DNA of 64,000 nucleotides from Octopus sinensis (lineage: Eukaryota). Numbering within the stretch: the first letter of the stretch is position 1; the number at the start of each line of letters is the position of its first letter. A program made the position numbers and the translations under genes. A model generated the notes under the pieces. The model saw only the letters and a program-made list of their open reading frames with translations, made no database searches and was not told the origin of the DNA. Location: contig NC_043003.1 in the NCBI RefSeq assembly GCF_006345805.1, forward strand, positions 62,868,001 to 62,932,000, written 5' to 3'. This document shows, one piece after another, positions 52,106 to 64,000 of this stretch.

Positions 52106-52139
<34 letters not shown>

Positions 52140-52141
<2 letters not shown>

Positions 52142-52467
52142 TAGCACTATGACCCGGCAATGCTGGGTCATAGTGCTAGTACATGCATATTCAGCTGCGT
52201 GCATGCGCACATACATGCAAGTACTATCCAAATCTCCGACCAATCACATACAGCTAGCTGGCATTCAATTGGCGTATCAAGTTTCGGCCATTCTGATTGG
52301 ATTTTGAATAGAAAATTCACAAAAAAGTCACTTCTATTGATTTTTTAATGGCTTTGCAGGGTGATAGGGGAAATGTAAAGATGTGCACGACCACCCTTGG
52401 ACGGTTTTGAATGACCATAGAAAGTGTGAACCCTCTAACTGAAAAATTGTGGATTTGTATAAAGGAT

Positions 52468-52498
<31 letters not shown>

Positions 52499-52520
52499 TT
52501 TTGCCGTTTATATATATATA
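52140..52520 (-). mobile_element. Non-autonomous Helitron-like element
   Basis: 5' TCTATATATATATAAACGGCAAAATGTCTGTGTG with internal microsatellite; 3' palindrome ACTAGCACTATGACCC...GGGTCATAGTGCTAG ending CTAG|T. Confidence 0.7.
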
Positions 52521-52538
52521 GAGATATAGAGATATATA

Positions 52539-52572
<34 letters not shown>

Positions 52573-52897
52573 TTTATGATGGGCTTCTTTCCATCAAGGA
52601 AATCTACTTGCAAGGCTGTGGTCAGCCTGAGGTTATAGTAGAAGATATATATCCAAGGTGGTGCACAGTGGGACTGAACTCAAGACCATATAGTTTGGAA
52701 GCAAGAATCTTAACCACACAGCTACACCTGCTCATAAGAAATTGCTATTTTCCAATTGCAAAGGTTTATCATCTCATAATATGACATAAGTGAGATTCTA
52801 CTACTGCGTGTGTATCTACCATACAAAATTTCTGAAGTATTTTCCATCTCCTCTACAGTTGATATTTATAATCAGTGTCACTATTTTTTAACTATAC

Positions 52898-52935
<38 letters not shown>

Positions 52936-52941
<6 letters not shown>

Positions 52942-53076
52942 TGTCCCAAAAGTTCGTAGAAAGTCTTGGAAAATAATGGTCTTTATTTTGAGGAATAATT
53001 TTTGTGGTTTTTGTTAGTACTTGGCGAGTAAAAATTCAATTTTCGCAAGTGTTTACGAACTTTTGGGACAACCTAA
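52936..53076. mobile_element. Mariner-type MITE (about 140 bp)
   Basis: TIRs AGGTTGTCCCAAAAGTTCGTA / TACGAACTTTTGGGACAACCT in TA context. Confidence 0.85.
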
Positions 53077-53561
53077 TATATATTCACATAGTAGCCCCAG
53101 CCCATCCTAATTACCTTGGATCGCAGGACAGCCTGCTGTGCTTACCCTGGATTGTTGGGTGACCTGCTGTGCTTGAGGAGACTTATTTAGTCAAGTACAT
53201 CAGCATCAAAATAAAAATCAAATGGAAATTGTAGATGTGATACCTGTGCCGGTGGCACGTAAAAAGCACCGTCCGAATGTGGCTGATGTCAGCGCTGCCT
53301 TGACTGGCTTCTGTGCCGGTGGCACATAAAAGCATCAACCAATCGTAGCTGTTGCCAGCCACCCCTGAGCCCTGTGCTGATGGCACGTAAAACGCACCCA
53401 CTACACTCACAGAGTGGTTGGCGTTAGGAAGAGCATCCAGCTGTAGAAACACTGCTTGATCAGACTGGAGCCTGGTGCAGCCTCCTGTCGAACCGTCCAA
53501 CCCATGCTAGCATGGCTAGCTTCAGGCTAACAAAAGCCTTGTGAGTAGATTTGGTAGACGG

Positions 53562-53592
<31 letters not shown>

Positions 53593-53901
53593 TTGTGTAT
53601 CTGTGTTTGTCCCAGCAACATCACTTGACAACCAATGCTGGTGTGTTTACATCCCATAACTTAGTGCTTTGGCAAAAGAGACCAATAGAATAAGTACTAG
53701 TCTTACAAAGAAAAAGTTCTGGGGTCGATTTGCTCAACTAAAGGCTATGCTCAAGCATATCCACAGTCAAATGACTGAAACAAATAAAAGAATAAAAGAA
53801 CAAGAAGAGTAAAAGAATACACATATATATAAATATACATACACATATATATATATATACATATATATATGTGTGTATATATATATATATGTATATATAT
53901 T

Positions 53902-53959
<58 letters not shown>

Positions 53960-56900
53960 TATATACACACATACATACATTTGAAAAAATGAGTAGAGAT
54001 GGCTTTTTGTGGGGGATAATTTTTATTTTAATCTTAATAATAATGTTTACAGAGAGTTACCCTGATATGAGTTTTGAGCTTCAAGTAGCTGTATTCAAAC
54101 TGAAAAATGTAGGTTTTACTGGTTGCTTAAATAGTAAAAGATTTTTTTTCTTACAAGTATACATGCAAAAAAAAAAAAAAAAATTATATGCAAAAAAGTG
54201 AGGGGAATATTTAAAAAATATATATATGTAAAATACAAAAGCATGTGTGAAATACAAGTGGAAACAGCACTGAAATATCTTTACAGATTCATTTTATTAT
54301 TTTTTTTCCTTTAATTGAACAGGATAAGTATTTCATATTCATTACATTAAATCATCATCATCCTCATCATCATCGTTTAGCGTCCGTTTTCCATGCTAGC
54401 ATGGGTTGGACGGTTCTACTGGGGTCTGTGAAGCCAGAAGGCTTCATCAGGCCCAGTCAAATCTGGCAGTGTTTCTACGGCTGGATGCCCTTCCTAACGC
54501 CAACCACTCCGTGAGTGTAGTGGGTGCTTTTTACGTGCCACCCGCACTGGTGCCAGACAGAGCTGGCAAACGGCCACGAACGGATGGTGCTTTTTATGTG
54601 CCACCGGCACGAGGGCCAGGCGAGGCTGGCAACGGACACGAAACGGGGCGGTGCTGGCAACGGTCGCGAAACGGAAAGTTCTCTTACATGCCACCGGCAC
54701 TGGTAACACATCTGCAATTTCCATTGATCGATTTCCATTGATCGATTTCGATTCTGATCGTCACTTGCCTCAACGGGTCTTCACAAGCAGAGTTTTGACA
54801 TGCCACCGGCACTGGTAGCACATCCGCAATTTCCATTGATCGATTTCGATTCTGATCCTCACTTGCCTCATCACGTCTTCACAAGTAGAGTTTTGTGTCC
54901 CAAGAAGGGAAGGTATGCATACGTAGGCTGGCTCCATCCCATAAAACATTACCAGCTTCAATGTGTATGTCCATCTTAGCAAATATCAAAAACTAAAAGT
55001 CAAAAATTAGGAAATAATAATTAAAAATTAGTAAAGATTTAAAAAAAAATTATCCCCTCACAAAAGCCATCTCTACTTGTCTTTTGAAATATATATAATA
55101 CTGTACCAAGAACTTTCTTTTTATTATTCTACTATTGGTACAAGACAGGATGGCTTACACAAGATTGAAATCAGCAACTGAATTACTGAAATCTGAAACA
55201 TTGTTAGAGGAAATTTCCACAAAACTTTCAATCATTAGCAAATATGAATCCCTTGCTGATACTTTCTATGGAATGGAACAAGAAACACGGATCTACAGAG
55301 AAACACTGCATTCCCTTCTTACAGACATCATCAAAATGAAAACCAAAGCAGAACTCCAGAAACAAGTATCCACAACCTAAATTCAACCACACAAAACATA
55401 TTAAAGGAATGGAATGAACTCAACTTGGAAAAGGAGACATAAAAAAAGAAAAACCAGATGAAAAACATCTGGAACAGCAAATTAAATAAAAGAAAACAAG
55501 CATATTGGAGAGCCCTAAAAAATGAGAACCTAGCCAACACATATGAACAGTGGAGAAGCAGAGAAGTAATGCAATGAAGAGCAAAGAAATAAAGCCAGAA
55601 CCAAATGAAGAAACAAAGATTTGGCTCAGTTTAGCACTACAGAGATTTGAAGCTGAAATAACACTATTTTGCCTTAGAGTAACAAACATCCAAAAGATAT
55701 TTGAAAAATGTGACACTTATATACATGAAGAAATTAACTAAAAAAGCAGTGGAAGTATCCAAAAAAAACAAAACTTCTAGACATGGGGAAAACTGACACC
55801 ATCAGAGAGGAGACTAAGTCTAAGAAGATCTTGGAATCAATGAAAACTCTTCTGGCTACAAGAATACAAAAACACCTATGGGAAAAACCAAATAAAAACT
55901 AAACACCGACCTACTACAACAACCCTCAGACCTCAAAATGACACCAAAAGAAAGGAAGTTTTCCCACAAAATAGACAAAGATATCTCAGTCCTCTAAGAA
56001 TCGCAAATTTGTGATTATGTGTGGATATAATAAGAAACAAGAGAACATACAATCCCAGCCAAAGAACAAATAGAACTCTCAAGTGACCAAATCATAGACG
56101 CAAACGAACCATATGGAACAACAATAGAATAATGAGTCAACCCCCAATCCAGCAACCAAGAGTGTACTCACCCATGACTAACCAACCTAAAATATTTTCA
56201 TACAGAAAAATACAAAATTCCCACATAAACACTCCCAATTCCAATGGAAATCATTTTTTAAGACAGGAAACCTACCGCTAAAAAAAGAAAAAAATAGCAC
56301 CATTCTTCTCAAGACATCAGAAAACAAACTCATAAGCAAACTGAAAACACAAAATTTAGCCACAAAGAAATTATCCAAAGAAGAAATTAAACTTCTGGAA
56401 AATGGTTTGAAATTTACACCAACCAGGCTGAATTCATAAAAGACACAGAAGAATTTTGCCAAAAATTACAATTGATAGAATTTTTTCTAAATACTAGAGA
56501 CACAGACAAATCACTGGTTAAAAATAGAACAGGATTCAGACATCCCTTAAATAGAGACAAAAATTTAGAAGAATATATTAGCTACCTACAGCGATCAGCT
56601 CAATCCAGAGGAAGGGTAAATCCAACATATCTAAATATCAATTGGAAGCATTAAAAAGTTTACAAAAAGACTCTTCGATAATTTTCAAAGTTGACAAAGG
56701 TGGAGCAATAGTTATCATGGACAAGAACCATTACAGAGATATAGTGATGGAACAACTCAATGACCATCACTTCTACAAGAAGCTAAACCAAAACGTGGAT
56801 AAAAATTCCATGTGTAAGATACATAGACTCATCTCAAAATATCATAATAACCTAACTGCAAATGAAGTTAATTATTTAACTAACTTCGAAGTAAAAACCA

Positions 56901-57903
56901 ATAACTTCTATGGTTTACCAAAGATCCACAAATAAAAAGAAATCTAAGACAATATAAAAAGAGACAATCCAACATATATCGAAATTCTGAAACCCAGAGA
57001 TCTGAAATTAAACCCAATCATTGTAGGACCAGCATCCAGTACACAACACTTATGCAACTTAATAGATATAATTCTAAAACTGTTATGCAAAATGAAACCA
57101 AGCTTTGTCAGGGATATGGACTTTTTAAACCTCATGTTTTCATGGTTGATTTGTCTCCATAATTCTTTTCATAGGGTGTAAACCATTCTTGATGCTTCTC
57201 CCACATTTTTCTGGATCTTGCTTCTTCTGTCTGTATCTCTCTTCCATAGGTTTCTCAATTTCTCGTGGCATTGTTTATCACTTCGCTCTGTAGAGTATCT
57301 ACAGACATTTATTACAAAAAAACAGACACACATCACTATCTCAACTTTGACTCTTGCCACCCATCACACATTAAAAGAAATATACCCTACTGCATGGCAA
57401 GACACATAAGCACTATAGTTACAGACACTGCAACACGAAAAACTAGACTTGACGAACTCTAGGACTTCCTCGAAATACAAAAATACCCTTCAGGTTTGAT
57501 AAAGGAAGGTTTTAAAAGGTATTGAAACTCAACATCACCGAATTAAGAACACCAAAAGAAAAAAACCAATAAACAGACAATACCATTCGTCTCCACACAC
57601 AGTCCTGGCATAACAAATATTTTCCAGGGTATAAAATCAGACTTGCCCATCCTTTTACAAAGACCTAAAATGAGGAACCTGATGAACAAAAAAATCCTAC
57701 TCAACAGCAAATGCCAACCGAAAAACCTTAAAAAGCACCTTACAAGGGCAGAATTCAGATTGGAGAAGGGACCAGAATTCTCTGTAACAGAATGTGGAGA
57801 CAAAAGATGCGGAACATGCAACAACGAGAATAATTACAAATACCTACAATGTGGTTCCCACTTAAAATTTTAAAATGGCTCTCTCTTTAAGATCAATGCT
57901 AAT

Positions 57904-58092
57904 ATGACTTGCAAAACACAAAACCTCATATATTGCATTACTTGCCCAAACTGCAAGGAAAACTATATTGGCGAAACGAACAACTCTCTCTGCCAACGTG
58001 CCAGGATACATAGGCAGCATATAAAACAGGAAGAGTTACGCAAGATACCGTTAAGCAAACACCTAGAAGTATGCGGGAATGGAAAATTTTAA
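57904..58092 (+). pseudogene. GIY-YIG endonuclease domain of the Penelope-like element
   Basis: CKTQNLIYCITCPNCKENYIGETNNSLCQRARIH...LSKHL. Confidence 0.9.
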
Positions 58093-59332
58093 ATCATTCC
58101 ATTCTACAAATGCTCATGGAATGACCCGGAATACCGTTAAGCTATGGAACTGCACTTCATAGAAACATTTAGCCCAAAATTGAACAGCTAAAAAAAGTAA
58201 AAGTTGTAAAAAAATCAATGATGATGTGATACACACAAAAAGGAAAAAAAACCTCTTTCTATATCTTTATATACAAATGAAAGAATTCTCCTTTTTCTTT
58301 TTTTATATATACAATTATGCCTCTTAAACTTCTGACTATGTATGTATGTGATTATAAATGCTTATATGCATATGGACGTGTATATATATGTACAGACAAG
58401 TTTGATATTTTTTATATATATTTTATATATATGTGTTGATATATGTGGTCGTATATATATGTATGCAAGTATATGTATGTGTATGCATATATGTGTGGTT
58501 CTATATGTGGATATGCATGTGTATGTGTGTATATGTGTGTGCATACATATATATGTTCATATATGTGTGTGTGTGTATGAGTGTACATGTATGTATATGC
58601 ATGTATATTTGTATATGTATGTGTGGGGTGTGTGTGCGTTTATTTATATATATGTGTGTGTGTATGTGTGTATGTGCACATATTGATATGTGTTTAGGTG
58701 TATATATATGTATATCAAACATTGAATGGTCAACCACCTGTTCTTTTAGAAACCCAAGTGAGTGCCATGCCAAGTGAAGAATGGACACAACATTTTCTTT
58801 ATATTTTTATTTTTATATTTTATTTTTTCCCTTTCTTTCTTTCTCATTTTCAAGATCACACAGCCATATATGTATGAATGTTTATGAAAATGTACACACA
58901 CAATAGGTTCCTCCATATGTGTATATATATATGTGAGTGTATGTGGATTTATATATATATATATATATATATATGTTTATATGTAGGGATATATGTGTGG
59001 GTATACATAGCAACACTCCTACTATTGAAAAACAAACCCTCTCAAACCCTATTTTTCCTTCTCTTTTTCCATTTCTTACAAGGGTCATCCAAAAAATACA
59101 AAAAGACCCCAAAAAAGAAAAAAGAGAAAAAAATACAGTTTTAAAACACACACACACCCATATTCTCTCTCCTTCACCTTCTCCATCTCTCTATCCCCCT
59201 ATCACTCCCTCTCTCTCTTTCTTTCACCTTCTCCCTCCCACTATTCTCCATTATATATATACACACACACACTCTCTCTCTCCCCACTTCATTTACCAAT
59301 AATATAAATACAGGCAAAACTTTTAAAACTGA

Positions 59333-59375
59333 CATTTCCGATGAAACTACAGAAGTAGTTGAAAGCGCTAATATG
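59333..59375 (+). ncRNA. Minimal type I hammerhead motif (U4C variant) in the 3' region of the Penelope-like element
   Basis: CATTT-CCGATGA-AACTAC-AGAA-GTAGTT-GAAA-GCGC-TA-ATATG. Confidence 0.7.
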
Positions 59376-59488
59376 AAGTAATAATATATGATATGTAAAT
59401 AAATATATATTTTTACAACCGTCCAGCATTCTGAACATCTTTTTTCTTTCATATGTATTAAATCTGTACATCACTCCCAATACTTCTA

Positions 59489-59521
<33 letters not shown>

Positions 59522-60220
59522 ATATATATATATATATGTAAAAGCACCATCCGCTTGTGTCCGTTGCCAGCCTTGCCTGGCCACCGTGCCGGTAGCACGT
59601 AAAAGCACCATCCGTTCATGGCCGTTTGCCAGCTCTGTCTGGCACCTAAAAAGCATCCACTACACTCATGGAGTGGTTGGCATTAGGAAGGGCATCCAGC
59701 CGTAGAAACACTGTCAGATCTGACACTGGGCCTGATGAAGCCTTCCGGCTTCACAGACCCCAGTTGAACTGTCCAACCCATGCTAGCATGGAAAATGGAT
59801 GCTAAATGATGATGATGATGATGATGATATATATATATATGTATGTATATATGTATGCATGAGTGTATATGTGTATATATATATGCATATATGTGTGCAT
59901 ACATGCAAAAGTCTAAAGGTTAAGAAGCATGTAAGTTAGTATATGTGTGTATATGTATGCATGAATATATATATGTGTGCATGTGTGTGTATAAATTTTT
60001 TTTATCCTCTATTTCTTTCTACGAAATGTGAAGAACTGTGGAACTGTTATTTTAACAAATTGTATTTGTTTATCACCCAATAAGATACATCTGCACCGTT
60101 GGATGCTCCTGAACCAATTGTTAAGCGTCCCACCCTTGAGGAATCGATGCTAGATGTGTTGAAACGATTGTCATGATTAATAATAAATTCTCATATATTC
60201 CATCTTCCGCCTTTCATTTA

Positions 60221-60254
<34 letters not shown>

Positions 60255-60455
60255 GTGTGAGTGTGTGTATGTGTACACCAAACCACCTGTGAGAACTGAA
60301 TATGTGACTCCAAATAAATTGGCACTGCACAGGTCATCTTATGACAAGAACTCAACAATATTAACCACTCCAAAATATTCCATTTCTTTATTCTTGGTGG
60401 ACTTATCTCTCCTCTTGACTGTTCCCAATCACTATTATTCTTATTTTATTTTTAT

Positions 60456-60506
60456 TTCTTCTTCTTCTTCTTCTTCTTCTTCTTCTTCTTCTTCTTCTTC
60501 TTCTTC
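60456..60506. repeat. (TCT)n microsatellite
   Basis: Direct inspection. Confidence 0.95.
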
Positions 60507-60549
60507 ACACATACTTTTGTATTTTATACATACATACACACATACATAC

Positions 60550-60602
<53 letters not shown>

Positions 60603-60947
60603 TTTCCTGTTTTTATATATATTTTGTTTGTATGTATACTTTTTAAGAAAAAAATCTTTGGCTATTTAAGCAACCAGTTAAACACATCTTTCAGTTTGAA
60701 AATGTCTACTTGAGGCTTGAAATTCATATCAGAATAACTCACTGTAAAAATTATTATAAAGATTAAAATAATAAATTATCCCCCACCCACCCAAAAGCCA
60801 TCTCTACTCATTCTTTTAAAGATATATAATACTATACAAGAACTTTCTTTTTATTATTCTACTACTACTACTACACACACACACACATAATCTTAATATA
60901 TATACATATATAATCTCCCTCTCTTTCTCCCTCCCTCCCCCTCTCTC

Positions 60948-61300
60948 TCTATATATAAAACTGAGAATGTGTGTCTGTCTGTTTGTCTGTGTGTTTCCCT
61001 AAAACTTGAGAACTACACAACCGATTTCATTCAAATTTTACACATGCCTTACTTAGGGTCCGGGGAGTGTCATCGGCAAAAACAATTTTCAACTTTTTGC
61101 CTAGGGCGAGCCCACAGCAATATCATATCTTCTCCACTATGATTCCCTAAAACTTGAGAACTACACAACCAATTTCATTCAAATTTTACACATGCCTTAC
61201 TTAGGGTCCATATAGTTTCATGGGCAAAACAAATATTCAACTTCTTGCCTAGGGCAAGCCCATAGCAATATCATATCTTCTCCACTATTTCAGTATTAAG
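60948..61300 (+). mobile_element. Helitron-like non-autonomous element 5' part with an internal ~148-bp tandem duplication
   Basis: TCTATATATAAAA...(TGTC)n...AACTACACAACCGATTTCATTCAAATTTT; unit repeated at about 60995 and 61143. Confidence 0.65.
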
Positions 61301-61987
61301 TGTTAAAAGTGAAACAAAATATTTCTCTATTTTATGTCAGATACTTTCACTTTAACAATAAAAATTAGAGATAATAATAACAATTGAATTATATGTAGTA
61401 AGTAATAATTAAAAATCAAACTAAATTAAATCGTAACATAACAATTAAAAGTAAAAATAGCAATTGGTATAAAATTGCATCAATGACTCGAACTTGAATA
61501 AGTGGTTTCACATGAATGGGAATAAATTAAAAATAATATTAGTGTGCAGAAATGGAATAGTCCAGATGGAGCTGTGCACATACCCTTTACCATGGCTTTT
61601 ACATTAGATTATCTGCTAATTAGCTAGCATTAAGTATCTATATGAAGTTTGGCTGTATGTAATGTCTGTTTTCTCGAACAGCCGCTTCTACTGAGTACTG
61701 CTGTTGGTTTACTTATTATACATAAAGGACTATAGCTTCAACTGCGTACTGCCTTTTGATTCACCGTAAGGTTTGTTGTTATTATTATTACTGTTTAACT
61801 ATTGTTATCACGTTTGTTGCTTCCTCGTAAGGGAAACGTTGTTGTGTTGCATTTGTTAAATAATTGTAAACCGTAACCCTCCCCCTTGGGAGAAGAAGCT
61901 TTGGTTATTGTTTAAAAATTGAATTGTGTCCCTGTTTGGGGAAATTGACAATATTTTCACCGTTTATACGGAAGCATTTTTGTTAAA

Positions 61988-62506
61988 ATGCCTTCGATAG
62001 AAGAAAGTCCAAAAATGAATTTCGCTGCAGCTGTCGGCGGACGTGAACTCATTAAAATTAAAATGGAAGAAATACAAACCTATTTCGGATTGATCACCGA
62101 CAAAGACGGTGAATCTAGGATAACACCACCAAACGAAATGAAAAATAAAATTAAAGAAAAGACTACTGTCTATAAAGTATACAATGTAGAGAGAAAAAAA
62201 GATTTGAACACCTGGAAGAAAGCACCATCGAAAAGTGTCTTGGTGCGACTATGAAAGATATGTAACCAGAGGCGGTAAATTCGCCACAATAGAAGCAAGG
62301 TTCGAGTCAACGGAGCGTGCAAGGGAGTACTCGACTCGAACCTTGCAAAGTGGAAATATTTTATTTTTACCTTTATATCTGGGATGTAGGATGTCCAGGA
62401 TAAAAATTAAATATGTCCCCCCAGAAGTAGAGGTAGGCTGGATTGTAGCTACACTTCTATACAAGAGGGAGGACAAGATACAATTGATCGAAATTGCAAG
62501 AGACGG
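61988..62506 (+). pseudogene. N-terminal fragment of a LINE ORF1-like (Tx1/L1-type) protein, frameshifted and truncated
   Basis: Non-repetitive coding-like sequence MPSIEESPKMNFAAAVGG... joined by a frameshift to ...SRIKIKYVPPEVEVGWIVATL; the FAAAV and V.P motifs resemble L1/Tx1 ORF1 (judged by eye). Confidence 0.45.
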
Positions 62507-62883
62507 GCCTACAATTCCGTCTCTTGCAATTTCAATATATAACAGACTGTTATATATTTTGAGTATTGTTATCACTAGCGATATCAAGATATAACTTTGT
62601 ATTTTATGTGTAGATGTATATATATAGATGTACGTGTAATATGTACACATATATACACACATATATACATGCACTAGCACTATGACCTGGCAACAATGGG
62701 TCATAATGCTAGTATATATATATATAAACACACACTCACATATAATCTTTATATATACACATATATCATCTACACATACACACACATAATCTTTATATAT
62801 CCACATATATAATCTCCCTCTCTTTCTCCCTCTCTTTCTCCCTCTCTTCTCCCTCTCTTTCTCCCTCTCTTTCTCTCTCTCTA

Positions 62884-62935
<52 letters not shown>

Positions 62936-63566
62936 CACACACACATGTATATAATCTTTATATATACACATATATCATCTATACACACACACACATATTA
63001 TCTCTAAGTTTTGTCAGCTGAGATGACTATGATTCAGTGATGAGATCTAACAAAGTTGAGAAGTGCTTGTTATTTTTATTGGGTTGCCTTAAAGACAAGA
63101 ATTACTCTTTAACAGAATTATTTTAATTTTTGTCATCACTGTTGTGGTGGTCATGGTAGTGATCATTACTTTTTGCATGTTTTCCATGCTTCCATGGACT
63201 TGTCAAATCACCATGGCTAGAGTCAACATGTATTCAGAGGTGCTGCCTATGTAGGTGGGTCAGGACACCCATTCTTGCTTACATTGTATTTTTGGCTTAG
63301 ATTTCCAAAGCTGGACACTCTTCCTAACATCAACCACTTTACAAAGTTTACGAAAAGAAGTGGCATGGCCTCTACAAGGCTAAAAGTTTCCCAAAATCTC
63401 CTCACACTTTACAGAGTGTATCGAGTAATTTTTATACCACCAACACTATAGAGATAGCCATGTGTAGTCGACCTTGACTCAACCTTGTCTATCTGCTTGC
63501 TCACCAGCCTTTTTACAGGGTGGGAAGTATGAGTGAAAGGAACCTGAATGTTAATGGTGAGAGAGT

Positions 63567-63601
<35 letters not shown>

Positions 63602-64000
63602 GCAGACAGGCAGATAGATAGATGAGTGATAAGAGGAGCAGAGATAGGGATGTTCTGGATTCTGAGGCTGTATGTTAATTCAAGATAATCCACCATGACT
63701 CAGATGGCAATGGCAGATAAGAAAAGTCTATGCGACCCAGGAAATAGAAAAATCTCAGAGATCTTTACTCTCCAGAAATTCAGCACAGGCGTGGTTGTGT
63801 GGTAAGAGATTTGCTTCCCATCTACATGGCTCTAGGTTCAGTCCCACTGCATGGCATCTTGGGTAAATGTCTCCTACCAAGCCTCAGGTGGACCAAAGTC
63901 TTTTCAGTAGATTTGGTAGATGGAAACTGAAAAGAAGCCCATCGTACATATGTCTGGTGTTGGTGTATTTATGTCCCTGTAACTTAGTGGTTCAGCAAAA

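Larger units (their letters stand above)
55022..60864 (+). mobile_element. Decayed Penelope-like retroelement (Neptune-like) with direct terminal repeat
   Basis: Frameshifted ORF from about 55135 to 58190 with the DKG motif (SIIFKVDKGGAIVIMD), FYGLPKIHK, thumb (YYKKTDTHHYLNFDSCHP), CxxxxCxxC linker and GIY-YIG (NLIYCITCPNCKENYIGET); 55022-55134 repeated at 60745-60864. Confidence 0.88.

Overview
AT-rich, repeat-dense animal genomic DNA. The SINE/RTE repertoire and abundant (TA)n/(CA)n tracts suggest an octopod cephalopod (inference). One host gene is supported: a 9-coding-exon STAR/GSG-family RNA-binding protein (KHDRBS; Sam68/SLM-like, 367 aa) on the minus strand, CDS 46200->36381. All its introns are GT-AG and phase-consistent, and it has a YY1/E2F-type promoter and a long, SINE-free putative 3'UTR. 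The rest is mobile DNA: RTE and CR1-type LINE remnants, several tRNA-derived SINE families, a decayed Tc1 with DD36E spacing, mariner/piggyBac/hAT MITEs, Helitron-like elements, a Tx1/L1-like ORF1 fragment and a decayed Penelope-like element (RT + GIY-YIG). The most notable result is a set of sequence-unrelated type I hammerhead ribozyme motifs (18075, 19773, 51353, 59333, plus degenerate ones). They have palindromic stem III and often greatly extended stem II, and most sit in small non-coding elements in (TA)n microsatellites, several with fold-back inversions. KHDRBS intron 1 also carries candidate alternative-first and poison exons. Nearly all long ORFs in the supplied track are microsatellite or repeat artefacts.
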